Shown piece after piece: positions 54,163 through 64,000 of a stretch of 64,000 nt of DNA. The number at the start of each line of letters is the position of its first letter. The stretch's first letter is position 1. The notes beneath the pieces were generated by a model, which did not search any database, was not told the DNA's origin, and worked only from the letters and a program-made list of their open reading frames with translations. Source of the DNA: a bacterium (lineage in GTDB: Bacteria > SM23-31). The stretch lies in assembly GCA_965221205.1 (NCBI GenBank), contig OZ244870.1:1118782-1182781 (forward strand), read 5' to 3'. Both the position numbers and the translations under genes were made by a program.

Positions 54163-55173
54163 ATGAAATTCCGATATATCATTTTTTGTATTGTACCATT
54201 GTTTATCCTCACTTTCTGCAGTAGAGAAAGTGTCGAGGATCAGGCAACTGACACAACAACAGCCGATACGATTTTTCTGAAGGTTGGGATAAACAGTAGT
54301 TTAAGTCACCCATACGCTAAAGGAATGGAAAAATTCAAAGAAGTCCTCGAAACAGAAACGAATGGTACTGTCCATGTAAATATTTTTCCAAATGGTCAGC
54401 TCGGCAGTGAAGAAGATCAAGTTAATGGAATTAGACTCGGAACAATTGATGCTACAGTAGTTGCCGCAGGTAACTTGGCACCTTTTGTTTCAGAAATTGA
54501 GCTGTTCAACCTTCCTTTCATATTTAATGATCTGGAACATTTTTACCGTGTTCTTGACGGTCCTGTTGGTAAATGGGTTGGAAAAATCATCGAAAGGAAA
54601 ACGAACAGCGTATTCTTAAATTATTTGACTTTTGGAACACGGAATACATGGAATGCAACAAGACCAATCATCACACCCAAAGATTTTAATGGTCTGAAAA
54701 TCAGAGTTATGAGAAGCCCAATTTTACTCGATTCTTTTAATGCATTTGGAGCTCAAGCAACCAATATGTCATGGGGCGAATTTTATTCAGCGCTTCAACA
54801 AGGAGTTCTTGATGGTGGAGAAACCAGTGTAGTAGATTTGTATTTTGAAAATTTCTATGAAGTTACAAAGTATGTTTCATTAACAAATCATCTCATTGGA
54901 GCTGCTCCGTTCTTTTTTAATCAGAAGAAGTATGATGAGCTTCCACCGAATGTTCAGATTGCGATTTTAAAAGCAGGAAAGTATGCGGCAATCACCGCTC
55001 GTGAGGTAGAAGAAAGCTTAACCGAGGAAGCCTATGCAAAGTTGAATGGTATCGGAATAGAGTTCAACGTTGTAGATATAGAGCCTTTTCGACAAAAGAT
55101 TCAACCTATTTATGAAAAATATGCCGAACAACTTGGTGGAATGGAGGTTATTGAGCAAATTAGTAAGCAGTAA
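54163..55173 (+). CDS. TRAP transporter substrate-binding protein (DctP family), orphan (no DctQ/DctM nearby)
   Basis: 336 aa with signal/lipoprotein N-terminus (LFILTFCSRES) and DctP-like sequence LKVGINSSLSHPYAKGMEKFKEVLE...NGQLGSEEDQVNGIRLGTIDA. Confidence 0.7.
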   Translation: MKFRYIIFCIVPLFILTFCSRESVEDQATDTTTADTIFLKVGINSSLSHPYAKGMEKFKEVLETETNGTVHVNIFPNGQLGSEEDQVNGIRLGTIDATVVAAGNLAPFVSEIELFNLPFIFNDLEHFYRVLDGPVGKWVGKIIERKTNSVFLNYLTFGTRNTWNATRPIITPKDFNGLKIRVMRSPILLDSFNAFGAQATNMSWGEFYSALQQGVLDGGETSVVDLYFENFYEVTKYVSLTNHLIGAAPFFFNQKKYDELPPNVQIAILKAGKYAAITAREVEESLTEEAYAKLNGIGIEFNVVDIEPFRQKIQPIYEKYAEQLGGMEVIEQISKQ

Positions 55174-55821
55174 AGGTTATTTCTCTGACTCCAATTCAAA
55201 AACTGAAATATATTCTTGGAATAATCTGTATCAGTTAAGAATAATTTGGATTGATTTTGACGTACAATTAAGAAACAGTTTTGATTTGGTTAGAGATTTC
55301 GGATTAGCAGGATTTCTCAGTGATTATATAGTAAAAGCAAGATTCAACTTTTTCAGCTAAGAAACTTCCCACCAACCAAGCCTGCTCTTACTCAAAATTT
55401 TATATGGCCTAATTCTTCATCACTTTTTGCTCTTTATAACAGTTTTTAATACCTTTTAATTTTGGGATTAATATACTTATTTACACTATTAATGAGATGT
55501 TCTTCTTATATCTTTAATTCGTTTAATCAAATATTCCATTCCTCAAGCGTTTCCGAGTAATGATGCCAGTTCAAATTCAAAAGATTTTTTCTGCTTCCAT
55601 TAATTGACTGACAATTTTTTTCTGCCTAATCATTCTTGTTCTCAGGCTGCGAGTTTTTCTCACCATTTGGATAATCTGAGGGGGTGGAAATAGTACTGTA
55701 GCGTTTTTCATTGCGTCAGCGAGGTTGCCACATACTGCTGATGAGTCCATACGAGCCACATCTGCTCTTGTGTCTTCACGGTAATAAAAGCTAGCATCGG
55801 CACTTATTTTATACTTCGGCA

Positions 55822-56848
55822 TTATTTCAATTTCCTCCAACCGTCAAAGGTTCGTTCGTCATGAATTCCATCTTGTGGCCCGGCGTTAGTTGATATCTGT
55901 ATTCGCTTGCAGGATCCTTCCGATACAAAACCATAGCACCCTCCGTCCGCTCCTTCTACGAGAGCACGAGTAATAGTGTACTGGACCAACTTATTTGTAG
56001 CTTTACCATTAAGTGTAGCCTGTGGTACATAAGGCTCAAGCAGATTGAGTTCTTCGGCGTAGCTTAGATGAATTTTTCTTAACAGCCCGTAGAGTGCGTC
56101 AGATGGCTTTTCAATGCTGAGTCCTAAATCCATAGCTTCTCTTCGGTTGATCGTATAGTCGTGACTTCCCGAATCTGCGCAGAGGAAGTCAATGATCGAT
56201 TTGACTTTTTTTCTATCGCCAACTTGTCGTCGTAACAACTTTTCAGCCAAGAACCGGATTTGTGTTTGTGTCCTGAATATTTCGCCAAGAACCAATGGGT
56301 GAATATGGCTGGTCAAGTCCAGAAGAACAGATGCAAGTGCCTGCTCTCCTCGAATTTTTAGCTCCTCGCGGGCTGCGTCTAAATAGCCACGAACATTTTC
56401 AACACTCACCGGGACTTGCTTGGATTGGCCGCCAATCGTTGCTTGTGGGTTTAGTGGGTTGTTTACGCTCGGATCTATGGGGCCTAGAGCTGCTTGCTTT
56501 GTCATGATTACCCGATCTGCACCGATAGAGATCAACGTACCCGCACTAAGTGCTTTCAGCGGGATCATAACCTCAAACTCGTCACAAAACATACGTACAA
56601 GATTCACTAATCGCCATGCCGCTAAAGTTTGTCCTCCGTCAGTGTGAAGAATCAGGGAGATACGCTGAGTCGGTCCTATCTTTTCGAGGAGGTCGACGAA
56701 TGGAACGATGCAATCCTGGGCAATGTGTGTTTCCATTGCCTTGACGGTCACTTGTTATGAACGACAGCACTTTGGTTTGTCTGTCTTGTTCGATGGAGTG
56801 ATAGAGTTTTTTGCGTTCAGAATAATTCATCGGGTTTAGCGCGTGCAA
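55822..56848 (-). pseudogene. ClpP/crotonase-fold serine peptidase of the S49-like 'serine dehydrogenase proteinase' (SDH) family; N-terminal ~35 codons in a different frame
   Basis: Main ORF 55822-56751 has ISLILHTDGGQTLAAWRLVNLVR...LSAGTLISIGADRVIM. The upstream N-terminus ...KVLSFITSDRQ is in ORF 56639-56848, frameshifted near 56750. Family assignment is from memory. Confidence 0.5.
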
Positions 56849-57451
56849 AGCCTACAATCGCGTAGTCTTTATTCTTTGGGTGTTTCAAGTATATAAGGCC
56901 CTTACTTTTACCATACTCATAGTGGGAATAGGTTTTTACAAGTTGTATTGTCTAGTTTCTTACCGGTCATGACCCCATCGAGCACTGGCCGCTTTTTTTG
57001 CGATTTCCGAACGTCTATCTTTGCTCAATGATTTAGCCCGAGATTCGTTCCGTGAGGCTCCGGTATTGAACTCTCAAAATAGACGTTTCGATTAGGCAAA
57101 TTACTGTCAAGAACCCAACCCTTATATTCCAGTGCTCTATCTACTCTGTATCGTACATCCATTTCCGACATTCAGTTTATCTCCATCTCGATTGCTCAAC
57201 ACTATGTTTTACCTCCCTATGATGAACTCCCGACAGTCCCCATATTGTGGTATCAAGAGGGCGGCTACTTTTTCTTTGATTTTATTACAACCTGCTTCGG
57301 TAAGTCCTTGGATTTAACCCTTATAATCCTGTTTAAAGCTTCCAAAAACCCCATTTCTTTAGAAAATATTCGTTTTGTCATTGAATGAGCCCCTTTGTTT
57401 TATTCCGAAATTGTTCATACTCTTTATTTGTATATATACAAGTCTAAACAA

Positions 57452-58174
57452 TTATAAGTTCCTTGTCAGTTCTTTATAAGACAATTTCTTCCCTCCGGTC
57501 CGTGAAAGAATCATGTTAAACATAGCGGAATGATTGCTTCTGTTATTATATCTGAATGTCTGCTCGTTAATATACCTCTGAAGGTGCTTTGGGGTTACAA
57601 AATGATGTATTCCATAAATAGACCGCTTCATTATAGCCCAAAACCCCTCAATGGTGTTTGTATGAACATCTCCCCGGGCATACTCATTCTTGCTATGATT
57701 AATACTTTCATGATCATAGAGCCTATTCAATTTCTTATAAGCATGCCACTCATCAGAAATAACCCGTGAACCGATATTGACATGCTCCAGTAACTTCTGC
57801 TCAACGGTACTTCTGTCAACGTGGGCAACTTGTTCAGCTTTTACCCTGCCAGTTTCCCTTTCAACCATGCCAACTACTGGCTCCTTTGTCTTGAGACTCC
57901 TGCCCTGAGTTTTATCTGTTTTCTTATTTCTATGTTTGTTCTTTTCCTTCCCTCCAATATAAGTATCATCTATTTCAACAATTCCTTTCATAGGAGCTGA
58001 GAAATTTTCATTTTTTACGGCTTCCCGTATCCTCTGAAGCATATAATAAGCAGTCTTCTGAGTAACCTTCATATCTCTTGCCAGTTGGTAAGAACTCATA
58101 CTTTTTTTGTGAGTAGTTAATAGATATATCGAGAGGAACCACTTACGAAGAGGTATCTTTGACCTTGCCCCCAA
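57452..58174 (-). mobile_element. IS1595-family transposase, 5'-truncated (lacks the zinc-ribbon N-terminal region), abutting the IS3-family element
   Basis: 240 aa starting at KIPLRKWFLSIYLLTTHKKSMSSYQLARDMKVTQKTAYYMLQRIREA, through the DDE region (ISDEWHAYKKL ... NTIEGFWAIMKRSIYG). No upstream zinc-ribbon coding on that strand. Confidence 0.7.
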
Positions 58175-58189
58175 AAGTTGATCCAGATA

Positions 58190-59400
58190 GTATATTAGTA
58201 CAGGGATTAGATTGAAAAGAAAGGAGCAAGATCAATGGCACGTAGAATTCACACATCAGAACAAATTATCCACAAGCTTCGAGAGGCAGAAGTACTGCTC
58301 GCTCAAGGTCAGTCGGTTCAACAAGCTGCTCGCCAGATTGAGGTTACAGAGCAGACCTATTATCGTTGGCGAAAGGAGTATGGTGGTCTTCGGGTGAATC
58401 AGGCGAAACGATTGAAAGCGTTAGAGAGAGAGAATATTCGCCTGAAACGCCTGGTTGCCGAGAAAGAGTTGGATATTCAAATCCTCAATGAGACTCTGGC
58501 GGTTGATGCAAAAAACTTCTGAGCCCGGCGAAGCGACGGGAGGTGGTGCAGCATCTTTGCACGACTCTCGAGATCTCGCAGCGCCGGGCCTGTAGTGTGT
58601 TGGGAGTACCGCGCAGCACTCATCAATATCGCCCGATTTCTCCTGCGGATGAACCGGTGTTCGTGCAACGTATGGTCGAGTTGGCCACGCAGTATGGTCG
58701 GTATGGTTATCGACGAATTACCGCACTGTTACAGCCAGAAGGCTTCAAGGTCAATCATAAGAGAGTGGAGCGTTTGTGGCGTCGAGAAGGATTAAAAGTT
58801 CCCCGGAGGCAACCGAAGCGCAAACGGTTATGGCTCAATGACGGTTCGTGTATTCGGCTGCGACCTGCGTACCGGGATCATGTCTGGAGTTATGACTTCA
58901 TGCAAGCACGAACCCGAGAGGGAAGGAGCTATCGTTTGTTAACAATATTAGATGAATACAGTCGGGAGTGTCAGGCAATTGTGGTAGGCAGGAGGCTGAC
59001 TCACAATGACGTCATAGAACATCTTGCAACACTGTTCGTGCAGCGAGGAGTTCCGGTTCACCTGAGAAGTGATAATGGCACAGAGTTCACTGCTCAAGCG
59101 GTCCGGACATGGCTCATGCGCCTGGGAGTAAAAACATTGTATATTGAACCAGGCAGTCCATGGGAGAACGGGTATATTGAGTCGTTCAATGGCAAACTGC
59201 GTGATGAAGTGCTCAACCGGGAAATCTTCGATACCTTACACGAAGCAAAAGTGCTTGTGGAACGCTGGCGAAATGAGTATAATCATAAGAGACCGCATAG
59301 TGCCCTCAGATACCGGCCACCCGCCCCCGCGAGGCCGTTATACCACCGGATTCGGTCTCAAGGCCAATGGATAATACAACAATGAATATATCGATGAATT
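58190..59400 (+). mobile_element. IS3-family insertion sequence: orfA (58235-58522, HTH) and orfB (58543-59385, DDE integrase) linked by an A_AAA_AAC -1 frameshift site at 58510-58516; element boundaries approximate
   Basis: OrfA ...TEQTYYRWRKEYGG with a leucine-zipper-like tail. OrfB has RSDNGTEFTAQAV and YNHKRPHSAL. OrfB is in the -1 frame relative to orfA, and the slippery heptamer sits 4 codons before the orfA stop. Confidence 0.8.
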
Positions 59401-59414
59401 GACTAACTTAAAAA

Positions 59415-60075
59415 GTGGCCCAAACATTAGGGGCAGGTCACATTGAAACGATGGATATAATGCGCTCTATTCAGCCGGACATCATGATTAACAACCGGCT
59501 GGGTGTCGGTACTGTTGACTATTTTACACCGGAAATGTTCATCCCTTCGCCGGAAGAAGCCAAAGCGCTTGGTAATTTCGAAACCTGCATAACAATCAAC
59601 AATATATGGTTTCATAATAAGAATGAAACAAACTGGAAGATCCCGAAAGAAATTGTCTGGGAAGATGACTAACGGAGAGATCGATCCGGTTGATGCGCAC
59701 ATCCTCACAGGAGCCGGGAGACGGATTCACACGTACGGTGAATCTATCTTCGGTACTCAGGCAAGTCCGGTTCCCCACCCGGAGTGGGGTCGTATTACGA
59801 TGCTCACCCTGCCCAACGGAAATACCTGTTTGTATCTTCATGTTTTTATTTGGTCGGAAACAGCCTGACATGACCGGTGGGGTGATGAGCTGATTGTTGA
59901 AGGTTTAAGCAACCGTCCTGTACAGACATATGCCATGTCTACTATTCCGCAAAGGAATTTTAATGCTTCCCGCAGAGGCAATTCAATAGTAATAGAGCTT
60001 ACCGGAAAAGCTCCAGACATATCCACGAGTGTGCTTGTGCTCGATGTGGAAGGTCCGGTCGGAACATCAAATTAA
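59415..60075 (+). pseudogene. 3' fragment of a GH29 alpha-L-fucosidase gene, 5'-truncated at the IS3 element and internally frameshifted
   Basis: MRSIQPDIMINNRLG...DYFTPE...FETCITINNIW, then (other frames) NGEIDPVDAHILTGAGRRIHTYGESIFGT and a C-terminal domain ...VIELTGKAPDISTSVLVLDVEGP. Confidence 0.6.
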
Positions 60076-60319
60076 AAATGAAAGATTAAAAAACAGCCTC
60101 AATTCCATACGGGTTAGGCTGTATAGCAATAAACCCTCCTTATATGTGCAAATAAAGTTTTAATCGTTGTCTATATTATATTGGAGGAGAGTTACCTGGA
60201 TTACTACCTTTCGGAGGAGGTGCGAAAATAAGATTTGGATAAACCAAATCTATCCCTTAGTTTTTAACCGAAAGTGTCCAACATGTTCTGATGATGTAAA
60301 CTCAATCAGGAATTACACA

Positions 60320-61867
60320 ATGAAAACTCCATATAATTTTATAGCAAGTCTATATTTGTTGCTTATAATAGTATGTTCTGTATCTGCACAAGAGCCGGTC
60401 TACTGGGATATTGTGAATAAAATCATGGATGAAGCATTCGAACATTCCCAGATAATGGAGAACGCCAGCTGGCTCACTGACGTATTTGGCCCCCGGCATG
60501 TGAAAACGCCTGCATATTTTGAAGCCGCAGAATGGGCAAAAAATAAATTAGAAGAATATGGTCTCGCAAATGCACGTCTGGAGCCGTACGAGTTTGGGAT
60601 TGGTTGGGAGAATAAATATACTTCTGTCCACATGATGGCTCCCCAGTATATGCCGATCATCGCCTATCCTGCACCGTGGTCTGCCGGCACGGATGGAAAA
60701 GTACGGGGGCAGGTTGTTTACATTAATTTTGATGACATCACCTCTGAATTGGATTTGGAACAATACCGCGGAAAATTACAAAATTCTATTATTTTCACAA
60801 GACCGATACAGAAGTTGTCGCCACATTATGAATCATTAGCAACGAAATTTACGGATGATCAGCTTGATGAGATGGCGAAGATTCCCATTGGCCCCCGGGC
60901 CGCTGAAGAGCGGCGTGCACAAAGACTCGGTAAAAAGAGACTTTCCCGAAAGCAGATCATTGAATTTGTATTAAACGAAGGTGCACGGGCAATTGTCCGC
61001 ACTGATGGGAGAAGAGACTTCGGCACCGTCGAAGCCGGAGTTGTTGGCTTTACTTTAGAAACCAGTCCGTGGGAGGAAAACTCCCCGCCTAATCCAACGG
61101 AGTTGGTCATTGCAGCAGAACAATATAACAGGATACTGCGCATACTGGAAAAGAGCATTCCCGTTGAGATGGAAGTTGAGCTCAGGGTAAATTTTGTCAG
61201 AGGGAATTCAAACGATTACAATGTTGTCGCTGAGATACCCGGCACAGACCTGGCAGAAGAAATTGTAATATTGGGTGGGCATCTTCAAGCAGATCATGCC
61301 GGAACCGGCGCTACGGATAACGCCGCCGGTGTGGTGGTTTCCATGGAAACAATGCGCATTTTCAAAAAAATGAGTATCAAACCCCGTCGAACCATCCGCA
61401 TAGGACTCTGGGGAGGACACGAAATGGGTACATTTGGTAATCGGAGTCATGTCCGTAACAACTTTGCCGACTTGAAAAAAAAGGAATACAAGAAGGATTA
61501 TAAGAATCTTTCCGCATATTTCAATGTCGATCATGGTAGTGGTAAGATACGAGGTGTATCCGTCATGGAAAACGAAGTGATCAGGTCAATATTTACCGAA
61601 TGGATGAAACCCCTGAAAAACCTGGGAATGACGCATCTTTTCAATACCGGAATGGCTCATGAAGCATATGCTGAGGTTGGCCTGCCGGGGTATTATTTTC
61701 TGCAGGACAGGATGGATATGGAAATGAATGTTCATTCGAATATGGATGTCTATGACCGTCTTGTTCCCGAAAATCTGATGGCGAATGTGGTCATTCTTGC
61801 AACTTTTGTGTATCATGCTGCTATGCGCGATGAAAAACTCCCCCGAATTGCGCCGTTACCCTGGTAG
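60320..61867 (+). CDS. Secreted M28-like PA-domain protein, paralog 7, the only copy on the + strand; the true start is MKTPYNF, not the ORF-caller start at 60167
   Basis: Signal peptide ending VSAQEPVYWDIV. GGHLQADHAGTGATDNAAG ... WGGHEMGTFGN ... HSNMDVYDRL. Tail DEKLPRIAPLPW. Confidence 0.6.
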   Translation: MKTPYNFIASLYLLLIIVCSVSAQEPVYWDIVNKIMDEAFEHSQIMENASWLTDVFGPRHVKTPAYFEAAEWAKNKLEEYGLANARLEPYEFGIGWENKYTSVHMMAPQYMPIIAYPAPWSAGTDGKVRGQVVYINFDDITSELDLEQYRGKLQNSIIFTRPIQKLSPHYESLATKFTDDQLDEMAKIPIGPRAAEERRAQRLGKKRLSRKQIIEFVLNEGARAIVRTDGRRDFGTVEAGVVGFTLETSPWEENSPPNPTELVIAAEQYNRILRILEKSIPVEMEVELRVNFVRGNSNDYNVVAEIPGTDLAEEIVILGGHLQADHAGTGATDNAAGVVVSMETMRIFKKMSIKPRRTIRIGLWGGHEMGTFGNRSHVRNNFADLKKKEYKKDYKNLSAYFNVDHGSGKIRGVSVMENEVIRSIFTEWMKPLKNLGMTHLFNTGMAHEAYAEVGLPGYYFLQDRMDMEMNVHSNMDVYDRLVPENLMANVVILATFVYHAAMRDEKLPRIAPLPW

Positions 61868-62100
61868 TGCGGCGATTAAGCTATTAAAGAGTTTTAGAGC
61901 AAGCTTAATTGTTCGCAAATCGTACAATCCGGGGAGCAAAAAAGACTTATAAAAGCCACATGTATATCTTAACATTTACATCATAATATTCGATACAATA
62001 TGACCAAATACATCACTTCATAAATAATGTCATATTTCAACACTAACCTGATTTATTATCTATGAGAGAAATTGTTATGAGGAATATCTGTTAAAATACT

Positions 62101-63101
62101 ATGAGATATGAAATGGAATACAGAATATTGGGCCGAACTGGATTGAATATCTCTCCAATATGTTTTGGTGCGGGCAACTTTGCTGAACCGACACCGGAGA
62201 AAGAAGCGAAAAAAATGATTTATCGGGCTGAAGATAACGGTATAAATCTTCTTGACACCGGCGACGTTTATGCCGACGGTGAAGGAGAACGGATAATCGG
62301 ACGGGCTCTGAAAGAAGAAGGATTGCATCAGAGAATGCTTATTTCTACAAAAGTGCTTCCGGACCAACTCTTTAAAGGACTGGAATATAAATCCCCGGAC
62401 ACGACCCTCATAATCGCGATCACTCCAGACTCAAGATTATCAAAGCGTGCGAAGCTTCTCTAAAACGTCTTCAAACCGATTATATCGATCTCTACCAGAG
62501 ACTCATCGCCACGCCCATTATATTCCATTCGAGGAGACTCTATGTGCTTTAAATGACCTTGTCCGTACTGGTAAGATACGGTATATCGGCTGTTCGACAC
62601 ATCCAGCTTGGGCAGTAATGGAAGCCGTAATGGTAAGTAGGATGAGCGGCTATGCCCAATATGCCTCAGAGCAGTCACTATATAATTTACTTGACCGGCG
62701 TCCGGCGTATTGAAAATGAACTTATCCCGATGTGTCAGAAGCTTTGTATCAATGGACTTGGCATCATTTCGTGGTCACCAACAGCACAGGGTGTACTTGC
62801 GGACCGGTATAGCGGCAGTTTCTATGCAGATCGTGTTACTGAACCGGGAATTCAAGTGGGAGTCGAGTTTGCAAAGATAGCTAAAAAAACCGGCGTTACA
62901 CCCATACAACTGGCGATACTCTGGTGTAAGACCAACCGGGGACCACAGCAACTCTCATGGGACCGCGCACCCTTGAACAGATTGAACATTTACCGCCCGT
63001 TCTCAACATGGAACTGGACAATGAAACACGAGCGGCATGCGATGAACTGGTTCCTCCCGGAAGCGTGGTGGCAGATTTTCACAACACCGCAGCCTGGTTG
63101 A
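62101..63101 (+). pseudogene. Aldo/keto reductase paralog in three frames
   Basis: ORFs 62101-62463 (MEYRILGRTGLNISPICFGAGNF...LLDTGDVY), 62447-62713 ([17 protein letters not shown]) and 62652-63101 correspond to consecutive parts of the intact AKR at 20431-21504. Confidence 0.65.
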
Positions 63102-63202
63102 AAGCGAAAACTAACTGAAAAGGCACAGCTTATTCTCGATACGTAATTTCTGACAAGGGAACAATTTTAATTTTAAATGATTGATAAGGTGGGTATCGGA
63201 TT

Positions 63203-64000
63203 ATGATTATTGATTGGCTGATCATATTTTTGTACCTGATCGGAACAAGCACTGATCAAGCAGTCACGGTAGCGTCAAAGACGTATGATTCGGGTGCCTC
63301 CGGAATTGGGTATCAGTGGCTTTGGCTGTTTTCAACACCTTTCTATTGGTTACTGGCTCCCTTATTCAGGGGTATGAGAGCGGTGACAATTGCAGATTAT
63401 TTTTCAAATCGTTATGGCAGAAGTGTAGAAATGCTTTTTGCCATTGTTGGCATGCTGCAATTAGCTGTCATGATTGGCATAATCCTCAGGGCATCAGGTT
63501 CAATGATCACTGCTGTTTCCGGGGGGGTACAATCAGCCCTGCTATTGCAATAATTGCCATGACAGTTCTGTTCGTGATTTACTGTGTTGCCGGAGGATTA
63601 TTTGCCACAATAGTAACAGATTTCATTCAAGGCATTGTAACAATTTTGCTCTCTTTTCTGATTTTACCCTTTGCCTTAAATGCTGTGGGAGGGCTTAAAG
63701 GATTACGAGAGATTGTCAATGACCCGTCGATTTTCGGTATCGTGGCTCTCGACGAGATCACAACATTTTATGTAATAATAATATCTCTCAATGCTCTTAT
63801 AGGCTGGGTAACACAACCAAATAACATGGCGCTGTGTGCCGCCGGCAAAACTATTCACGTGGATTATGTGTATGATCTGCTGATTCATTAATGCTCACTT
63901 CTGCAGCACTGTTTACTGAGAATATTTACAAACCCATGATCAACCCTGACCGGGATGATAAACATTATATCCTTTGCCTGGGCTTCAACATTGAGCAGTT
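63203..64000 (+). pseudogene. Sodium:solute symporter paralog (related to 37000-38751), missing part of the N-terminal segment and in two frames; continues past the window end
   Basis: ORFs 63203-63553 and 63316-63891 align to the first ~200 aa of the 37000-38751 transporter (YQWLWLFSTPFYWLLAPLF vs VWYWWSFLFATPIYYLFSTYF). Confidence 0.5.

Noticed and set aside
60167-60319. ORF-caller start of the + strand M28-like paralog at 60167, giving an odd 50-aa N-terminal extension
   Set aside because: The extension has no signal-peptide character. The internal Met at 60320 (MKTPYNF...) starts a typical signal peptide matching the other paralogs.
1-64000. CRISPR arrays, rRNA genes and tRNA genes
   Set aside because: By-eye reading found no regularly spaced direct repeats with unique spacers, no rRNA-like conserved stretches and no cloverleaf-like tRNA candidates. 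Small RNAs could still be missed by eye.

Overview
This window looks like bacterial chromosome, with moderate GC and a Chlorobi/Ignavibacteria/Bacteroidetes-like gene style. It has three parts.

Positions 1-10.1 kb hold an intact, tightly packed branched-chain amino-acid biosynthesis operon in the order ilvB(partial)-ilvN-ilvC-cimA-like-short leuA-leuC-leuD-leuB-short ilvA.

Positions 10-31 kb form an accessory region. It contains a secreted amidohydrolase. It contains an AT-rich island with a beta-class DNA methyltransferase fused to a degenerate thermonuclease-like domain, next to a candidate restriction endonuclease. It contains an NSS-family transporter, an esterase, a second PLP serine/threonine dehydratase, a tandemly duplicated lipoprotein gene and an aldo-keto reductase. 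It also contains a same-strand array of five paralogous secreted M28-like (PA-domain) peptidase genes plus one DUF885-like gene.

Positions 31-64 kb carry two more M28-like paralogs, giving seven in total. They also carry a formylglycine-generating-enzyme family protein, two sodium:solute symporter genes (one disrupted), an M24-like (creatinase/prolidase-fold) family with one intact and two or three disrupted copies, an orphan TRAP substrate-binding protein and an S49-like peptidase. There are also two IS1595-family transposase remnants, an IS3-family element with a classic A_AAA_AAC frameshift site, and a dense set of frameshifted or nonsense-interrupted genes (cfa, SDR, NADP oxidoreductase, BNR-repeat protein, GH29 fucosidase fragment, AKR, SSS transporter).

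The main signals are the expansion of non-canonical M28-like secreted peptidases inside a putative protein/peptide-foraging locus, the methyltransferase-nuclease-domain fusion with a partner gene, the tandem duplication footprints, and a gene-decay hotspot tied to IS elements. No rRNA or tRNA genes were seen and no CRISPR array was noticed. All calls come from reading the translations and motifs by eye; no database searches were run.
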